A stretch of DNA of 64,000 nt, from assembly GCA_938084645.1 (NCBI GenBank), contig CALKEP010000011.1, positions 33,041-97,040 of the forward strand. Reading direction: 5' to 3'. The position numbers were made by a program, and so were the translations under genes. Origin of the DNA: an uncultured Phycisphaerales bacterium. GTDB taxonomy: Bacteria > Planctomycetota > Phycisphaerae > Phycisphaerales > SM1A02. Below, piece by piece: positions 30,501 through 40,789 of this stretch; positions within the stretch are counted from its first letter, which is position 1; the number at the start of each line of letters is the position of its first letter. The notes beneath the pieces are model-generated. The model did no database searches. It was not told where the DNA came from and saw only the letters and a list, made by a program, of their open reading frames with translations.

Positions 30501-31031
30501 TCAGATGAAGGCGGCGACGCTCAGTTGAATCCAGATCGCGATCGCGAAGCCGATCTTGACCACGGTGCCCGCGACTCTGCCCGCGGCAGCACCCGTCGCG
30601 GGCTTGATGGTGTCACGAAGGCCGGCGCCCTCCCGGGTGAGTTCGCCGACCAGCGCCCCGCCACCGGCGCCGAGCGCGGCACCCAACAGCGTCCCCACGA
30701 GCGGGATGGGGATCACGAAGGTCCCGACGATCCCACCCACGAAGCCACCGATCAGCGCCCCGATGGTGCCGCGTCTGCTGGCGCCGCCCGCCTTGGCCCC
30801 CGCGGCACCGGCGAGGAACTCGACGACTTCCGCGGTGGCGGCCAGGAGAAGGGCGATCGCGAAGGCCACCCAGCCGAACATGGGCTCCGAATCACCCTTC
30901 CAAAGCAGTTCGATCACGTCGATGAGGGCCGCGAAGGCGATGATCAACCAGGTACCGGGAAGTCCGAGTGCGGCGACCGCCGCGAAGATCGCCGAAACCA
31001 GGGTGAAGACGATTCCGATCAGAATGCTCAT
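30501..31031 (-). CDS. DUF456-like inner membrane protein
   Basis: LPGTWLI, GAKAGGAS, IPIPLVGTLLGA and Gly-rich TM helices. Confidence 0.75.
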   Translation of the reverse strand: MSILIGIVFTLVSAIFAAVAALGLPGTWLIIAFAALIDVIELLWKGDSEPMFGWVAFAIALLLAATAEVVEFLAGAAGAKAGGASRRGTIGALIGGFVGGIVGTFVIPIPLVGTLLGAALGAGGGALVGELTREGAGLRDTIKPATGAAAGRVAGTVVKIGFAIAIWIQLSVAAFI

Positions 31032-31471
31032 TCGGCCGGTCCTCCAGGGGCTTCGGATGCGGGTCCTGCGATTCGAGTGAGTCGGAGCCGGTTCGCGACG
31101 AGCGCTTCGATCCGGTACGTCATTGGAACGGTTGACTGGGACCATCGCACGGCGGATTCCATCACCCGGTCGTCGGTTCGGTCCGAATGTCGGATCTCCC
31201 CGACCCGAATCGGGGTCGCCCTGCCGAGCGGCGGAGCGAGTTCGACGGGCCGTCGCTCGGGCCTTTCGAGCCAGATCCGACGATGGTCTTCGATCCGTTC
31301 GAGATCGGCGGTCTCCCCGATTTCGAGCCGATCGGGTCGCCGGCGGAGTCGGAAGGTGGGTACCACCCGGGCTTCATCCGGCGTCTCGAGATCGACCTCG
31401 AGCAGCCAGTCGAAATGCGGTGGGGGACCTTCAGGAGCCGGCTCATGTCGGAGAATCGACGTTCGAAGCAT
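31028..31471 (-). CDS. Stand-alone protein resembling the LigD 3'-phosphoesterase domain
   Basis: ILRH..PHFDWLLE..PTFRL..EDHRRIWL pattern; overlaps the start of the DUF456-like gene. Confidence 0.5.
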   Translation of the reverse strand: MLRTSILRHEPAPEGPPPHFDWLLEVDLETPDEARVVPTFRLRRRPDRLEIGETADLERIEDHRRIWLERPERRPVELAPPLGRATPIRVGEIRHSDRTDDRVMESAVRWSQSTVPMTYRIEALVANRLRLTRIAGPASEAPGGPAE

Positions 31472-31584
31472 CGCGTGATCGATCCGGCGAGGGTGATCGC
31501 AGAGGGGACCGCTCCACCGTATCATGCGTCGGCCGGGGCGGTGGCGTTCCCCGACCTCGCCAGCCCGATTGCGCAGGAGTCCCC

Positions 31585-32301
31585 ATGAACCCCTTCATTC
31601 CATCTTCCGGCCCGGCTCGTCGGTTCCTTCGACAGGTCGTCGCGTCCTCGATCGTGGTCCTTGGTGCGGCGTCCGTGGGATGCGAATCGACCGGCGACAC
31701 GGTCTCGACACCGCCCACCGTGAAGCTCCAGAAGGACGGCGACCACGAGTACCGCTGGGGCCGGTACGAATCCGCGGCGAGCTACTACGAGCGGATCCTC
31801 GAAAGCGAGCCCGGCAATGCCGACGCCCTCGAGATGTACGGCCGCTGCATGCTGGAACTCGACCGTCCGGCCGAGGCCGCGAACGTCTTCATGACCGCGA
31901 CCGCACGCCGGCCCGGTGATCGTGAACTCGTGCTGCTCCTCGGCGACGCGGAATTCAGGAACGGCGAATACGACCGGGCGTTCCAGTTGCTTCGGACCTG
32001 GGCCATCGACAACGAGGATGCCGCGGCGTGGCTCGAGCTCGCCGGATTCGCGATGGAACTCGATGACCCGGACACCGCACGGGATGCGATCGAACGGGCG
32101 ATCGAGTTGGAACCCGAGGTCGCCGCCGACGCGTACGTCGCGGCGGCGGACCTGGCGGAAAGACTCGGCGACGAAGCACTCGCCCTCCGTCGGCTTCGTC
32201 AGGCGTACGGCATCGAACCGGGCAACCAGGCGATCGCCGACCGACTCCGGGAGTTCGGGGAAGTGCCGGGGCCGACCATCGCGCTCCCCCCCGGGGTCTG
32301 A
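31585..32301 (+). CDS. TPR-repeat lipoprotein
   Basis: Signal ending SVGC; several TPR-like helical repeats; AGGAG RBS. Confidence 0.8.
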   Translation: MNPFIPSSGPARRFLRQVVASSIVVLGAASVGCESTGDTVSTPPTVKLQKDGDHEYRWGRYESAASYYERILESEPGNADALEMYGRCMLELDRPAEAANVFMTATARRPGDRELVLLLGDAEFRNGEYDRAFQLLRTWAIDNEDAAAWLELAGFAMELDDPDTARDAIERAIELEPEVAADAYVAAADLAERLGDEALALRRLRQAYGIEPGNQAIADRLREFGEVPGPTIALPPGV

Positions 32302-32314
32302 GGAGCTTCTCGCC

Positions 32315-33277
32315 GTGAGCGAATCGAAACCCACGGGACGTCCCGACGAGTGGCTCTCGAATCTTGCCCAACTCGGCGAACTGGCCCGCGTCCGTCTCCT
32401 TCGCCTTGTGGAACGGACGGAACTCGGCGTCGGTGAACTGGCGACCGCATCACAGCTTCCCCAGTCGACGGTCAGCCGTCATCTGAAGGCCCTGCACGAA
32501 CATGGCTGGATCGCGAAGCGATCCGAAGGCACGGCGAGTCTCTACCGACTGCCGGTGGACGCGCTCGATCCCGACCTTCGCCGCCTCTGGGAGACCACCC
32601 GCGATCGGCTCGAGTCGAGCCCCGTGTTCCTCGACGATGCGATCCGCCTCAAGGAGGTGCTCGCCAGCCGACGCTCGGATTCGCAGGCGTTCTTCGGGCG
32701 GATCGGCGGTGAGTGGCATGAAGTGCGTCACGAGCTCTTCGGGACGGGTTTCGGCGCCGACGCGATGCTGGGCCTCCTCGATCCCGACTGGATCGTGGCC
32801 GACCTCGGTTGTGGCACGGGCGACGCGGCGGAGAGGCTCGCGCCGATCGTCTCGGAGGTCGTCGCGGTCGACCGCGAGCGGGCCATGCTCGACGCGTCGA
32901 GGAAGCGCCTCGCTGAATTCGACAACATCCGCTTCGTCGAGGGGGATCTCCTTCGCCTCGATCTGGAATCGGCGTCGGTCGACGCGGCGGTGATGATGCT
33001 CGTCCTGCACCATCTTCCATCCCCGGCGGACGCGATCTCCGAGGCGGCCCGGATCCTTCGGCCCGGCGGCGTCCTGCTGGTGGTCGACATGGTCGCCCAC
33101 GACCGCGATACCTACCAACTCACCATGGGGCACGAGCACCTCGGCTTCGAGGAATCGACGATCCTCGACCTGGGGAAGTGCGGCGGGTTCGATCGTGTCT
33201 CGTGGCGTCGGCTTCGACCGATGCCCGGCGGAAAGGGGCCGGGTCTCTTCGCGGCCTCGCTCTTCAAGTCTTCCTGA
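32315..33277 (+). CDS. sahR: ArsR-family HTH fused to SAM-methyltransferase domain (SahR-type regulator)
   Basis: VGELA...PQSTVSRHLKAL HTH; DLGCGTG and VLHH motifs; about 1 kb from ahcY; AGGAG RBS before GTG. Confidence 0.75.
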   Translation: MSESKPTGRPDEWLSNLAQLGELARVRLLRLVERTELGVGELATASQLPQSTVSRHLKALHEHGWIAKRSEGTASLYRLPVDALDPDLRRLWETTRDRLESSPVFLDDAIRLKEVLASRRSDSQAFFGRIGGEWHEVRHELFGTGFGADAMLGLLDPDWIVADLGCGTGDAAERLAPIVSEVVAVDRERAMLDASRKRLAEFDNIRFVEGDLLRLDLESASVDAAVMMLVLHHLPSPADAISEAARILRPGGVLLVVDMVAHDRDTYQLTMGHEHLGFEESTILDLGKCGGFDRVSWRRLRPMPGGKGPGLFAASLFKSS

Positions 33278-33304
33278 GGCTCGTCGGATCCGCAGGTGGG
33301 TACG

Positions 33305-33338
33305 AAAAAGAACGCGACGCCTCGAGGGCGTCGCGTTC
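33305..33338 (-). terminator. Intrinsic terminator (possibly bidirectional)
   Basis: 12-bp stem GAACGCGACGCC / GGCGTCGCGTTC with an A-tract on the + side, between convergent genes. Confidence 0.75.
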
Positions 33339-33370
33339 CTGATTTCAGTTCGTCTGCGGCCCCCCGGGGC

Positions 33371-34102
33371 TCAGGCGTCGGTCTTCTTCGTTCCGGACTT
33401 CCGCGCGGCGTCGAGCTTGGCGACGGTGGCGCGGGGGTCCTTCATCGCCTTGCTCTTGCAACCGCCGCAGCAGATGGTGACCGCGCGATCGCCGATCATG
33501 AACCAGGGGCTCGAGGTCTTGAGGCTTCCGCCGGTGACCACGCAGGTGGTCAGTGGATAGTCCGCCTTCTGGGAGCGGATCGCAGCGGCATCGAGCTTGG
33601 CGAGGTACTTCGCGGGGTCGGACTCGAATTTCCGGTGGCATCGCGTGCAGCAGAGTCGCACCAGTCGATTCTTGTAGACGACCAGGGTGCAGTCCTTCGC
33701 GTCCGGCCCGGTGGGATCCGGGAGCGACTTCGCATCCATGACGATGCAGTTCATGTCCTTCGGATACCGCGGCATCTGATCGGCGATGATCAACTCGTCG
33801 ACCTTCGGAATGTACTTCGCGGGATCCTTGCGGAACTTGCCCTCGCAATTCGTGCAGCAGACCCGGATCTCGCGACCCGTCTGCTTCCCATCGGCGGGAC
33901 CGTCGAGGATGATCGCCACACCACCATCGGCGGGAAGCGATCGGCCACTGATCACGCATACGTTCAGGAGATAGGGGGCGCCCTGACGAATCGCTGGGGC
34001 GTCGGCCGCGGATTCCGGTGCCGTGGTGCTCGCGGTGGCGGCCGTGGTGAGGGCCAGCAGGAGCCCGAGGCCGGCGACGCGTTGGAGGAGCGATGAGATC
34101 AT
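33371..34102 (-). CDS. Secreted protein with three YHS/TRASH-like Cys-rich metal-binding repeats
   Basis: Three units Y..xC(V/I)(V/I)...CCxxCxxK..DP; signal peptide. Confidence 0.75.
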   Translation of the reverse strand: MISSLLQRVAGLGLLLALTTAATASTTAPESAADAPAIRQGAPYLLNVCVISGRSLPADGGVAIILDGPADGKQTGREIRVCCTNCEGKFRKDPAKYIPKVDELIIADQMPRYPKDMNCIVMDAKSLPDPTGPDAKDCTLVVYKNRLVRLCCTRCHRKFESDPAKYLAKLDAAAIRSQKADYPLTTCVVTGGSLKTSSPWFMIGDRAVTICCGGCKSKAMKDPRATVAKLDAARKSGTKKTDA

Positions 34103-34193
34103 GGGTGAGACTCCTGAAGTGAAGGGGTCATGAGCCTAGCGTGCGGGCCCCCCAGAGGACCCCGGAATCCGATAAATCATGGAGGTGGGGGCG

Positions 34194-34254
34194 TTGACTT
34201 GGGCCCGGGGAGGGGGCTAGACTTCCGTCTATCCATTAATCCGATTAATGGATA
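34194..34254 (+). promoter_or_regulatory. sigma70-type promoter of ahcY with overlapping palindromic operator
   Basis: TTGACT (34194-34199) -N18- TAGACT (34218-34223); perfect inverted repeat TATCCATTAATC-C-GATTAATGGATA (34230-34254). Confidence 0.7.
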
Positions 34255-34340
34255 AACTGGGTGGGTTGTTGAACCTATCGCCGGGCCCCGGCGAAACGCG
34301 ATCGAGCACTTTTCTGACGCCTTTCCTTCGGAGACTCCCC

Positions 34341-35843
34341 GTGAGCACCATGACCTCAGATTCCACCTTCCTGGACACCAACCTCCCGCTCAAGTCGGGG
34401 ATGCCCTTCAAGGTCGCCGATCTCTCCTCCGAGACCGTCGCATTCGGTCGCAAGGAGATCGAACTCGCCGAGCACGAGATGCCTGGTCTCATGGCGCTCC
34501 GGGCCGAATACGCGGGCAAGCACCCGCTGAAGGGAGCCCGGATCACCGGCTCCCTCCACATGACGATCCAGACCGCCGTGCTCATCGAGACGCTCGTCGA
34601 GCTCGGGGCCGAGGTCCGCTGGGCGAGTTGCAACATCTTCTCGACGCAGGATCACGCCGCGGCGGCCGTCGCGGTCGGACCGAACGGAACCGTCGATTCG
34701 CCCGAGGGCATTCCGGTGTTCGCATGGAAGGGCGAGACGCTGGAGGAGTACTGGTGGTGCACCTTCCAGGCACTCGACTGGCCGAACGGAGAAGGACCGA
34801 ACCTGATCCTCGATGATGGCGGCGACGCCACGCTCCTCGTCCACAAGGGCCTCGAGTTCGAACGAGCCGGCGGGTCCATCCCCGGTCCCGAGACCACGGA
34901 CAACGCGGAGTTCAAGTGCGTTCTCCAGCTCCTCGCCGCGATCAAGGAAGAGAAGCCCGACTACTGGACGATCACGGCGCCGAACATTCGCGGCGTGAGC
35001 GAGGAGACGACGACCGGTGTGCATCGGCTCTATCAGATGGCCGAGGCCGGCGAGCTCCTCTTCCCGGCGATCAACGTCAACGACGCGGTCACGAAGAGCA
35101 AGTTCGACAACCTCTACGGCTGTCGCCACTCGCTCGTGGACGGCATCATGCGGGCCACCGACGTCATGCTCTCGGGCAAGGTCGCCGTGGTCTGCGGTTA
35201 CGGCGACGTCGGCAAGGGATGTGCTCAGAGCCTTCGTGGCCAGGGCTGTCGGGTGAAGATCACCGAGATCGACCCGATCTGCGCCCTGCAGGCCGTGATG
35301 GAGGGCTTCGAAGTGGTGCGGCTCGACGACGAAGTCGACACCGCCGACCTCTTCGTGACCACCACCGGCAACTTCAACATCATCACCGCCGATCACATGG
35401 CGAAGATGAAGCACAACGCGATCGTCGGCAACATCGGTCACTTCGACAACGAGATCGACATGGCCGGCCTCGAGTCGACCAAGGGGATCGAACGGATCAC
35501 CATCAAGCCGCAGGTCGACGAGTGGAAGTTCGCCGATGGTCATTCGATCATCGTGCTCGCCGAGGGTCGGCTTCTGAACCTCGGCTGCGCCACCGGCCAC
35601 CCGTCGTTCGTGATGAGTGCGTCGTTCACCAACCAGGTCCTCGCCCAGATCGAACTCCACGAGAACGCGGAGAACTACGACCGAACCAGCGTCGTGACCC
35701 TCCCCAAGGATCTCGACGAGCGAGTCGCCCGGCTCCACCTCGGCCAGCTCGGTGCCAACCTCACCGAACTCACCCAGGAGCAGGCGGACTACATCAGCGT
35801 TCCGGTCGAAGGCCCCTACAAGCCCGCGCACTACCGCTACTGA
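34341..35843 (+). CDS. ahcY: Adenosylhomocysteinase
   Basis: [51 protein letters not shown] and C-terminal HYRY. Confidence 0.98.
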   Translation: MSTMTSDSTFLDTNLPLKSGMPFKVADLSSETVAFGRKEIELAEHEMPGLMALRAEYAGKHPLKGARITGSLHMTIQTAVLIETLVELGAEVRWASCNIFSTQDHAAAAVAVGPNGTVDSPEGIPVFAWKGETLEEYWWCTFQALDWPNGEGPNLILDDGGDATLLVHKGLEFERAGGSIPGPETTDNAEFKCVLQLLAAIKEEKPDYWTITAPNIRGVSEETTTGVHRLYQMAEAGELLFPAINVNDAVTKSKFDNLYGCRHSLVDGIMRATDVMLSGKVAVVCGYGDVGKGCAQSLRGQGCRVKITEIDPICALQAVMEGFEVVRLDDEVDTADLFVTTTGNFNIITADHMAKMKHNAIVGNIGHFDNEIDMAGLESTKGIERITIKPQVDEWKFADGHSIIVLAEGRLLNLGCATGHPSFVMSASFTNQVLAQIELHENAENYDRTSVVTLPKDLDERVARLHLGQLGANLTELTQEQADYISVPVEGPYKPAHYRY

Positions 35844-35871
35844 TTCAGCAGCGTGAACACCAGAGAGACGT

Positions 35872-35910
35872 GACGCGACGCGAGCCGAAAGGCTCGCGTC
35901 GTGTCGTTCC
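35872..35910 (+). terminator. Hairpin/terminator after ahcY
   Basis: GACGCGACGCGAGCC-GAAA-GGCTCGCGTCGTGTC; weak U-tract. Confidence 0.6.
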
Positions 35911-35953
35911 GGGGTCCATGGTCGCACCCGCGGCCCGATAGAATGCATCGAAC

Positions 35954-37801
35954 GTGATCGCCCCGACGCCCGAAACCAATCCGTCGATGCCTTCGGTGGG
36001 GCATCCGCTTCCCCGGTTGCTTCGCTACGCCCGGCCCTTCCGGGCCCGCATCCGCTGGGCGACGACCTGTTCGATCCTCAACAAGCTCTTCGACCTCGCC
36101 CCGCCCTTCATCATCGGGGCGGCGATCGACGTGGTGGTCGAGAAACAGGACTCGCTGGTCGCACGACTCGGCTTTCCGGATCCGTTCCATCAACTCCTGC
36201 TGCTCGGGGTCGCCACCGTGCTGATCTGGTCCTTGGAGTCGGTCTTCGAGTGGCTGTACGGGGTGGCGTGGCGGAACCTCGCCCAGGCGATCCAGCACGA
36301 GGCGAGGGTCGATGTCTACGGGCACGTGCAGGATCTCGAACTCCGGTGGTTCGAGGATCGATCGACCGGCGGCCTGCTTGCGATCCTCTCGGACGACGTC
36401 AACCAGCTGGAGCGATTCCTGGACGGGGGCGCCAACGACATCATCCAGCTGGCGGTCACCGCCACGACCGTGACCATCGCGTTCTTTCTCATCTCACCGT
36501 CCGTGGCGTGGTTGGCGATGCTTCCCGTCCCCATGGTCATCCTCGGGTCGATCTGGTTCCAGAAGCGGCTCGAGCCGAGATACGCCGAGGTCCGCGCCCA
36601 GGTGGGGAATCTCAACGCGAGGCTCGCCAATGCGATCAGCGGCATCGCGACGGTCAAGAGTTTCACGGCGGAATCCGCCGAGCTTCGACGAGTCGGTGCC
36701 GAGAGCGAGGAGTACGCCGCCCGCAATCGTCGAGCGATCGTGCTCAGCGCCGCCTTCAGCCCGCTCATCCGCGTGGTGATCATGGCCGGATTCCTCGTCA
36801 CGCTGCTCTACGGCGGCTGGCTCGCCCTCGAAGGCGGGCTCGCGGTCGGTGCCTTCGGGCTGCTGGTGTTCCTGACCCAGCGTCTGCTCTGGCCGTTCAC
36901 CCGGGTCGGTGCGATCCTCGACCAGTACCAACGGGCGATGGCCTCGACCCGACGCGTGCTGGATCTCCTCGCGGTGAAATCGACCATCGTGGACGGACCG
37001 CGCCGGCTTCCCCTCGGCGCGATCGATGGCGAGCTGCGATTCGAGGACGTTCGGTTCTCCTACGTGCCAGGAACACCGGTGCTCGACGGCCTCGAGCTCG
37101 ATCTTCCCGCGGGGGAGACGACCGCGATCGTCGGCTCGACCGGAGCGGGCAAGAGCACGCTGATCAAGCTGCTGCTGCGGTTCTATGATCCGGACGATGC
37201 GGGCGGCCCGGTACGAATCGACGGCGAGGACGTGCGCGATTTCGAACTTCGAGATCTGCGGCGGGCGATCTCGCTGGTGAGCCAGGACGTCTATCTCTTC
37301 GAGGGAACGGTCCGCGAGAACATCGCCTACGGATGGCCCGCGCCGGTGGACGATCCGACCGGGTGGCGTGAACCACCGGCCGAGAGAATCGTCGAAGCCG
37401 CGCGACTCGCGGAGGCGCACGAGTTCATTCTCGCCCTGCCGAACGGCTACGACACGATCGTGGGCGAGCGAGGACAGAAGCTCTCCGGCGGACAACGCCA
37501 ACGCATCGCGATGGCGCGGGCGGTCCTCAAGGATGCACCGATCCTGGTGCTGGACGAGGCCACCGCCAGCGTCGACAACGAGACCGAAGCCGCGATCCAG
37601 CGCTCGCTGCGAACGATCTGTCGCGATCGGACGACGGTCGTGATCGCGCATCGTCTCTCGACGGTCCGGCACGCGAGTCGCATCCATGTGCTCGACCGGG
37701 GGCGTGTCGCGGAAGCCGGCACCCATGAGGAGCTGCTCCATCTCGGCGGCATCTACGCAGGCCTCTGGCAAGTGCAGACGGGGATGATGGCCGACGCGTG
37801 A
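35954..37801 (+). CDS. ABC exporter, fused permease/ATP-binding (MsbA-like)
   Basis: N-terminal TM domain; [23 protein letters not shown] and IAHRLST motifs. Confidence 0.93.
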   Translation: MIAPTPETNPSMPSVGHPLPRLLRYARPFRARIRWATTCSILNKLFDLAPPFIIGAAIDVVVEKQDSLVARLGFPDPFHQLLLLGVATVLIWSLESVFEWLYGVAWRNLAQAIQHEARVDVYGHVQDLELRWFEDRSTGGLLAILSDDVNQLERFLDGGANDIIQLAVTATTVTIAFFLISPSVAWLAMLPVPMVILGSIWFQKRLEPRYAEVRAQVGNLNARLANAISGIATVKSFTAESAELRRVGAESEEYAARNRRAIVLSAAFSPLIRVVIMAGFLVTLLYGGWLALEGGLAVGAFGLLVFLTQRLLWPFTRVGAILDQYQRAMASTRRVLDLLAVKSTIVDGPRRLPLGAIDGELRFEDVRFSYVPGTPVLDGLELDLPAGETTAIVGSTGAGKSTLIKLLLRFYDPDDAGGPVRIDGEDVRDFELRDLRRAISLVSQDVYLFEGTVRENIAYGWPAPVDDPTGWREPPAERIVEAARLAEAHEFILALPNGYDTIVGERGQKLSGGQRQRIAMARAVLKDAPILVLDEATASVDNETEAAIQRSLRTICRDRTTVVIAHRLSTVRHASRIHVLDRGRVAEAGTHEELLHLGGIYAGLWQVQTGMMADA

Positions 37802-37993
37802 TTTCGATCGGAAGGGTGATCGCCGAGGTCGACTCCGGAAGTTGGCCCGTTCGGGCGATCGGCCCGCTTCAACCCCTCTCAAGCACGGAAAATCCGGTTG
37901 ATTGATCATGAATTCGCGAAAATCGACCGATCGACGTAGGCTCGAAGCAATACGCCTTCCGAATCACCAGCGACCTCGTCACCAAGGATCAAC

Positions 37994-39283
37994 ATGTCTG
38001 AACTGATGCACTCGATTCGAAGCCTCGCCATCGCCTCGGCAGTCGTCTTCCTCGCTGCCTGTGGATCCGCCGAACGGAAGTCGACGTCTGAAGACGCGGC
38101 ATCCCCCGAGGAATCGGAGATCGCGCGGACACCGGACGCGGCGGTCGGCGAATCCGAAGCGGAGACACCAGCCGAATCGTCGGAACCGAAGACCAGTGAC
38201 GTCGATGATCAGGCCGATTCCGCGGGTTCGGATGAGGTCGATGACGCGGACTCCGACTCGTCGGACCGGGATGCTGCGAAGGACGAGGCTGCCGCGGAGC
38301 AGGCCGCCGCGGAGCAGGCCGCGGCAGAGCAGGCTGCGGCAGAGCAGGCTGCCGCGGAGCAGGCTGCCGCGGAAAAGGCTGCCGCGGAGAAGGCTGCCGC
38401 GGAGAAGGCTGCCGCGGAGAAGGCCGCCGCGGAGCAGGCTGCCGCGGAGCAGGCTGCCGCGGAGAAGGCTGCCGCGGAGAAGGCCGCCGCGGAGCAGGCT
38501 GCCGCGGAGCAGGCTGCCGCGGAGCAGGCTGCCGCGGAGCAGGCTGCCGCGGAGCAGGCTGCCGCGGAGAAGGCTGCTGCGGAAAAGGCTGCTGCGGAAA
38601 AGGCTGCTGCGGAGAAGGCTGCCGCGGAGAAGGCTGCTGCGGAAAAGGCTGCTGCGGAAAAGGCCGCTGCGGAGAAGGCTGCCGCGGAGAAGGCTGCCGC
38701 GGAGCAGGCTGCCGCGGAGAAGGCTGCGGCTGCGAAGGCGGCTGCAGAGGCGGCTGCGGCTGCGAAGGCGGCTGCGGAGGCAGAGGCACGAAGGCCCAAG
38801 AGTTTCTCGTTCCAGATCGACTCGCCCGAGGCGAATTCCATCCGAGCGGCGATCCACGCGAAGTGCAAGGCCAGAGGCGATTGGGCGACACCTCCATCCG
38901 ACGCGATGATCGCAGGGCTTGCGGCGCGTCTCAAGACCGCAGCGGTGAACGGGACGCCGATCCGGCGATGCGATGCGAACTACGTCATGCTCCGGCATGA
39001 CGACATGGTGGTCCTTCCGATCTCGTCCAATGGCGGGACCGTCTTCGTCCTTGGGAACGACGGTTCCATCCCGCACGTCTATCAGATGGGGGACGGTGGC
39101 CGAGTGAGTGACGACTCGATCGGAACCGGAGCGGTTCGATCACGAATGAGCCGGGATCTCGCCTCGAGCAGGAATGGCGGCCAGATCGGCCGCTCGCTTC
39201 GGGCGGGTGATCGCCTTCTGGTCTGGGATCGCTGGGACAACTCCCGCGACTGGAACGGTTGGGTGATCGTGCTCGAGGATTGA
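37994..39283 (+). CDS. Lipoprotein with acidic linker, long (E[Q/K]AAA)n helix and unknown C-terminal domain
   Basis: Lipobox FLAAC; AAGGA RBS; about 29 pentapeptide repeats. Confidence 0.85.
   Translation: MSELMHSIRSLAIASAVVFLAACGSAERKSTSEDAASPEESEIARTPDAAVGESEAETPAESSEPKTSDVDDQADSAGSDEVDDADSDSSDRDAAKDEAAAEQAAAEQAAAEQAAAEQAAAEQAAAEKAAAEKAAAEKAAAEKAAAEQAAAEQAAAEKAAAEKAAAEQAAAEQAAAEQAAAEQAAAEQAAAEKAAAEKAAAEKAAAEKAAAEKAAAEKAAAEKAAAEKAAAEKAAAEQAAAEKAAAAKAAAEAAAAAKAAAEAEARRPKSFSFQIDSPEANSIRAAIHAKCKARGDWATPPSDAMIAGLAARLKTAAVNGTPIRRCDANYVMLRHDDMVVLPISSNGGTVFVLGNDGSIPHVYQMGDGGRVSDDSIGTGAVRSRMSRDLASSRNGGQIGRSLRAGDRLLVWDRWDNSRDWNGWVIVLED
38297..38731 (+). repeat. Coding 15-bp tandem repeat, about 29 units
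   Basis: Unit GA(G/A)(C/A)AGGC(T/C)GCNGC(G/A) encoding E(Q/K)AAA, with degenerate units on both sides. Confidence 0.95.
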
Positions 39284-39313
39284 TTCCGCGGACATCCCCG
39301 CATGACGACAGGA

Positions 39314-39347
39314 CGAGCCCCGGATCCGACATCGGATCCGGGGCTCG
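39314..39347. terminator. Hairpin between convergent genes
   Basis: CGAGCCCCGGATCCG / CGGATCCGGGGCTCG perfect stem. Confidence 0.7.
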
Positions 39348-39390
39348 GTTGCTTTCGGCGTGCCGGTGCCGCGAGGCGTGCGAATTCGGT

Positions 39391-40575
39391 TCAGGCCATC
39401 TCGACCATCATGCTCACCGCATTGCCGCCGCCGAGGCAGAGGCTCGCGACGCCGCGCTTGCCACCGGTTCGCGCGAGCTGGTGGAGCAGGGTGACCAGGA
39501 CCCGGGTGCCGCTGGCGCCGATCGGGTGGCCGAGCGCGATGCCGCCGCCGCAGACGTTGAGCTTGTCTTCGGGGACGCCGAGGTGCTTGATGTCCGCGAG
39601 CACCTGGGCTGCGAACGCCTCGTTGATCTCGAAGAGGTCGATGTCGTCGACCTTGACGTCGTTCTTCGCGAGCAGGGCTTCGATGCCGACCGCGGGTGCG
39701 AAGAAGAGCTTCTTGGGCTCGACGCCCGCGGTGTTGTAGTCGACGATCTTCGCCATGGGGGAGAGGCCCAGTTCCTTCGCCTTGGCAAGGCTCATGACCA
39801 CGATCGCGGCGGCGCCGGCGGAGATCTGGCTGGCGTTGCCCGCGGTGACCGAGCCGTCCTTCGTGAAGGCGGGGCGAAGCTTCGCGAGCGATTCCGGGCT
39901 GCTTCCGGGGCGGAAGCCCTCGTCCTTCTCGACGCCTGCGCGGGCGTTGCACTGCTCCGCGGACATCGGCAGGACTTCGGCCTCGAAATGACCGGCTTCC
40001 CAGGCCGCCTCGGCCCGGTTGTGGCTCTGGGCGCTGAAGCGGTCCTGGTCATCCCGCGAGATCCCGTACTCGTCGGCGATCCACTCGGCGGCGTTGCCCA
40101 TGGGCCAGTTCTCGAAGGCACAGGTCAGGCCGTCGTGCGCCATGTGATCCTGCATCGTCGCCGGGCCGTACTTCACGCCGGCTCGAACGTGGGCGAAGTG
40201 GGGGGCGAGGTCCATGTTCTCCATGCCGCCCGCGATCGCGACCTCGATGTCGCCGGCCTTGATCGCCCGGGCCGCCTGCATGACGGCTTCGAGTCCGGAA
40301 CCGCAGACCTTGTTGACGGTGACGGCGGTCACGGCGTCGGGGATGCCGGCCTTCAGCGCCGCCTGGCGTGCCGGGTTCTGGCCGACACCCGCCTGGAGGA
40401 CGCAGCCCATGAAGACCTCCTCCACCGCAGCGGGATCGATCCCGGCGTCATTCATGGCGCCAGCGATCGCGACGGCTCCGAGTTCGGGTGCGGTCACGCG
40501 GCCGAAGCCACCGAGGAAGCGGCCGATGGGGGTGCGTCGGGCGGCGATGATGACGGGCGTGTGGGCGTCGCTCAT
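39391..40575 (-). CDS. Acetyl-CoA C-acetyltransferase (thiolase)
   Basis: NKVCGSG, NEAFA, GHPIGASG and CLGGG motifs. Confidence 0.95.
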   Translation of the reverse strand: MSDAHTPVIIAARRTPIGRFLGGFGRVTAPELGAVAIAGAMNDAGIDPAAVEEVFMGCVLQAGVGQNPARQAALKAGIPDAVTAVTVNKVCGSGLEAVMQAARAIKAGDIEVAIAGGMENMDLAPHFAHVRAGVKYGPATMQDHMAHDGLTCAFENWPMGNAAEWIADEYGISRDDQDRFSAQSHNRAEAAWEAGHFEAEVLPMSAEQCNARAGVEKDEGFRPGSSPESLAKLRPAFTKDGSVTAGNASQISAGAAAIVVMSLAKAKELGLSPMAKIVDYNTAGVEPKKLFFAPAVGIEALLAKNDVKVDDIDLFEINEAFAAQVLADIKHLGVPEDKLNVCGGGIALGHPIGASGTRVLVTLLHQLARTGGKRGVASLCLGGGNAVSMMVEMA

Positions 40576-40789
40576 GGGAGAAGATCGGGTCCTGTGGGTT
40601 GGAGTTGATGGCTGGAAGATGATCGTGTCGGGCCGTGGGGGCGACATCCTAGCCGCCTTGCTCGAGGCTCCGGCGGAACCGGCCGGATCCTCGAATGGGG
40701 GTGAAAACGACGTTCCCGGCCCTGTGAAACCATGGTCCGGTTTCCGGACGCGATTGTAGGGGATTCCCGTTCCGGTCGATGATGAAGGC

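Noticed and set aside
34255..34340. SAH or SAM riboswitch upstream of ahcY
   Set aside because: I could not find the SAH riboswitch core (GAGGAGCG...AGGCUC) by eye; a protein operator explains the region better. An Rfam scan would settle it.
37989..38897. Gliadin-like PRQP/PQQP repeat ORF and other frames over the VNTR
   Set aside because: Alternate-frame readings of the E(Q/K)AAA repeat; only 37994-39283 has an RBS and lipobox.
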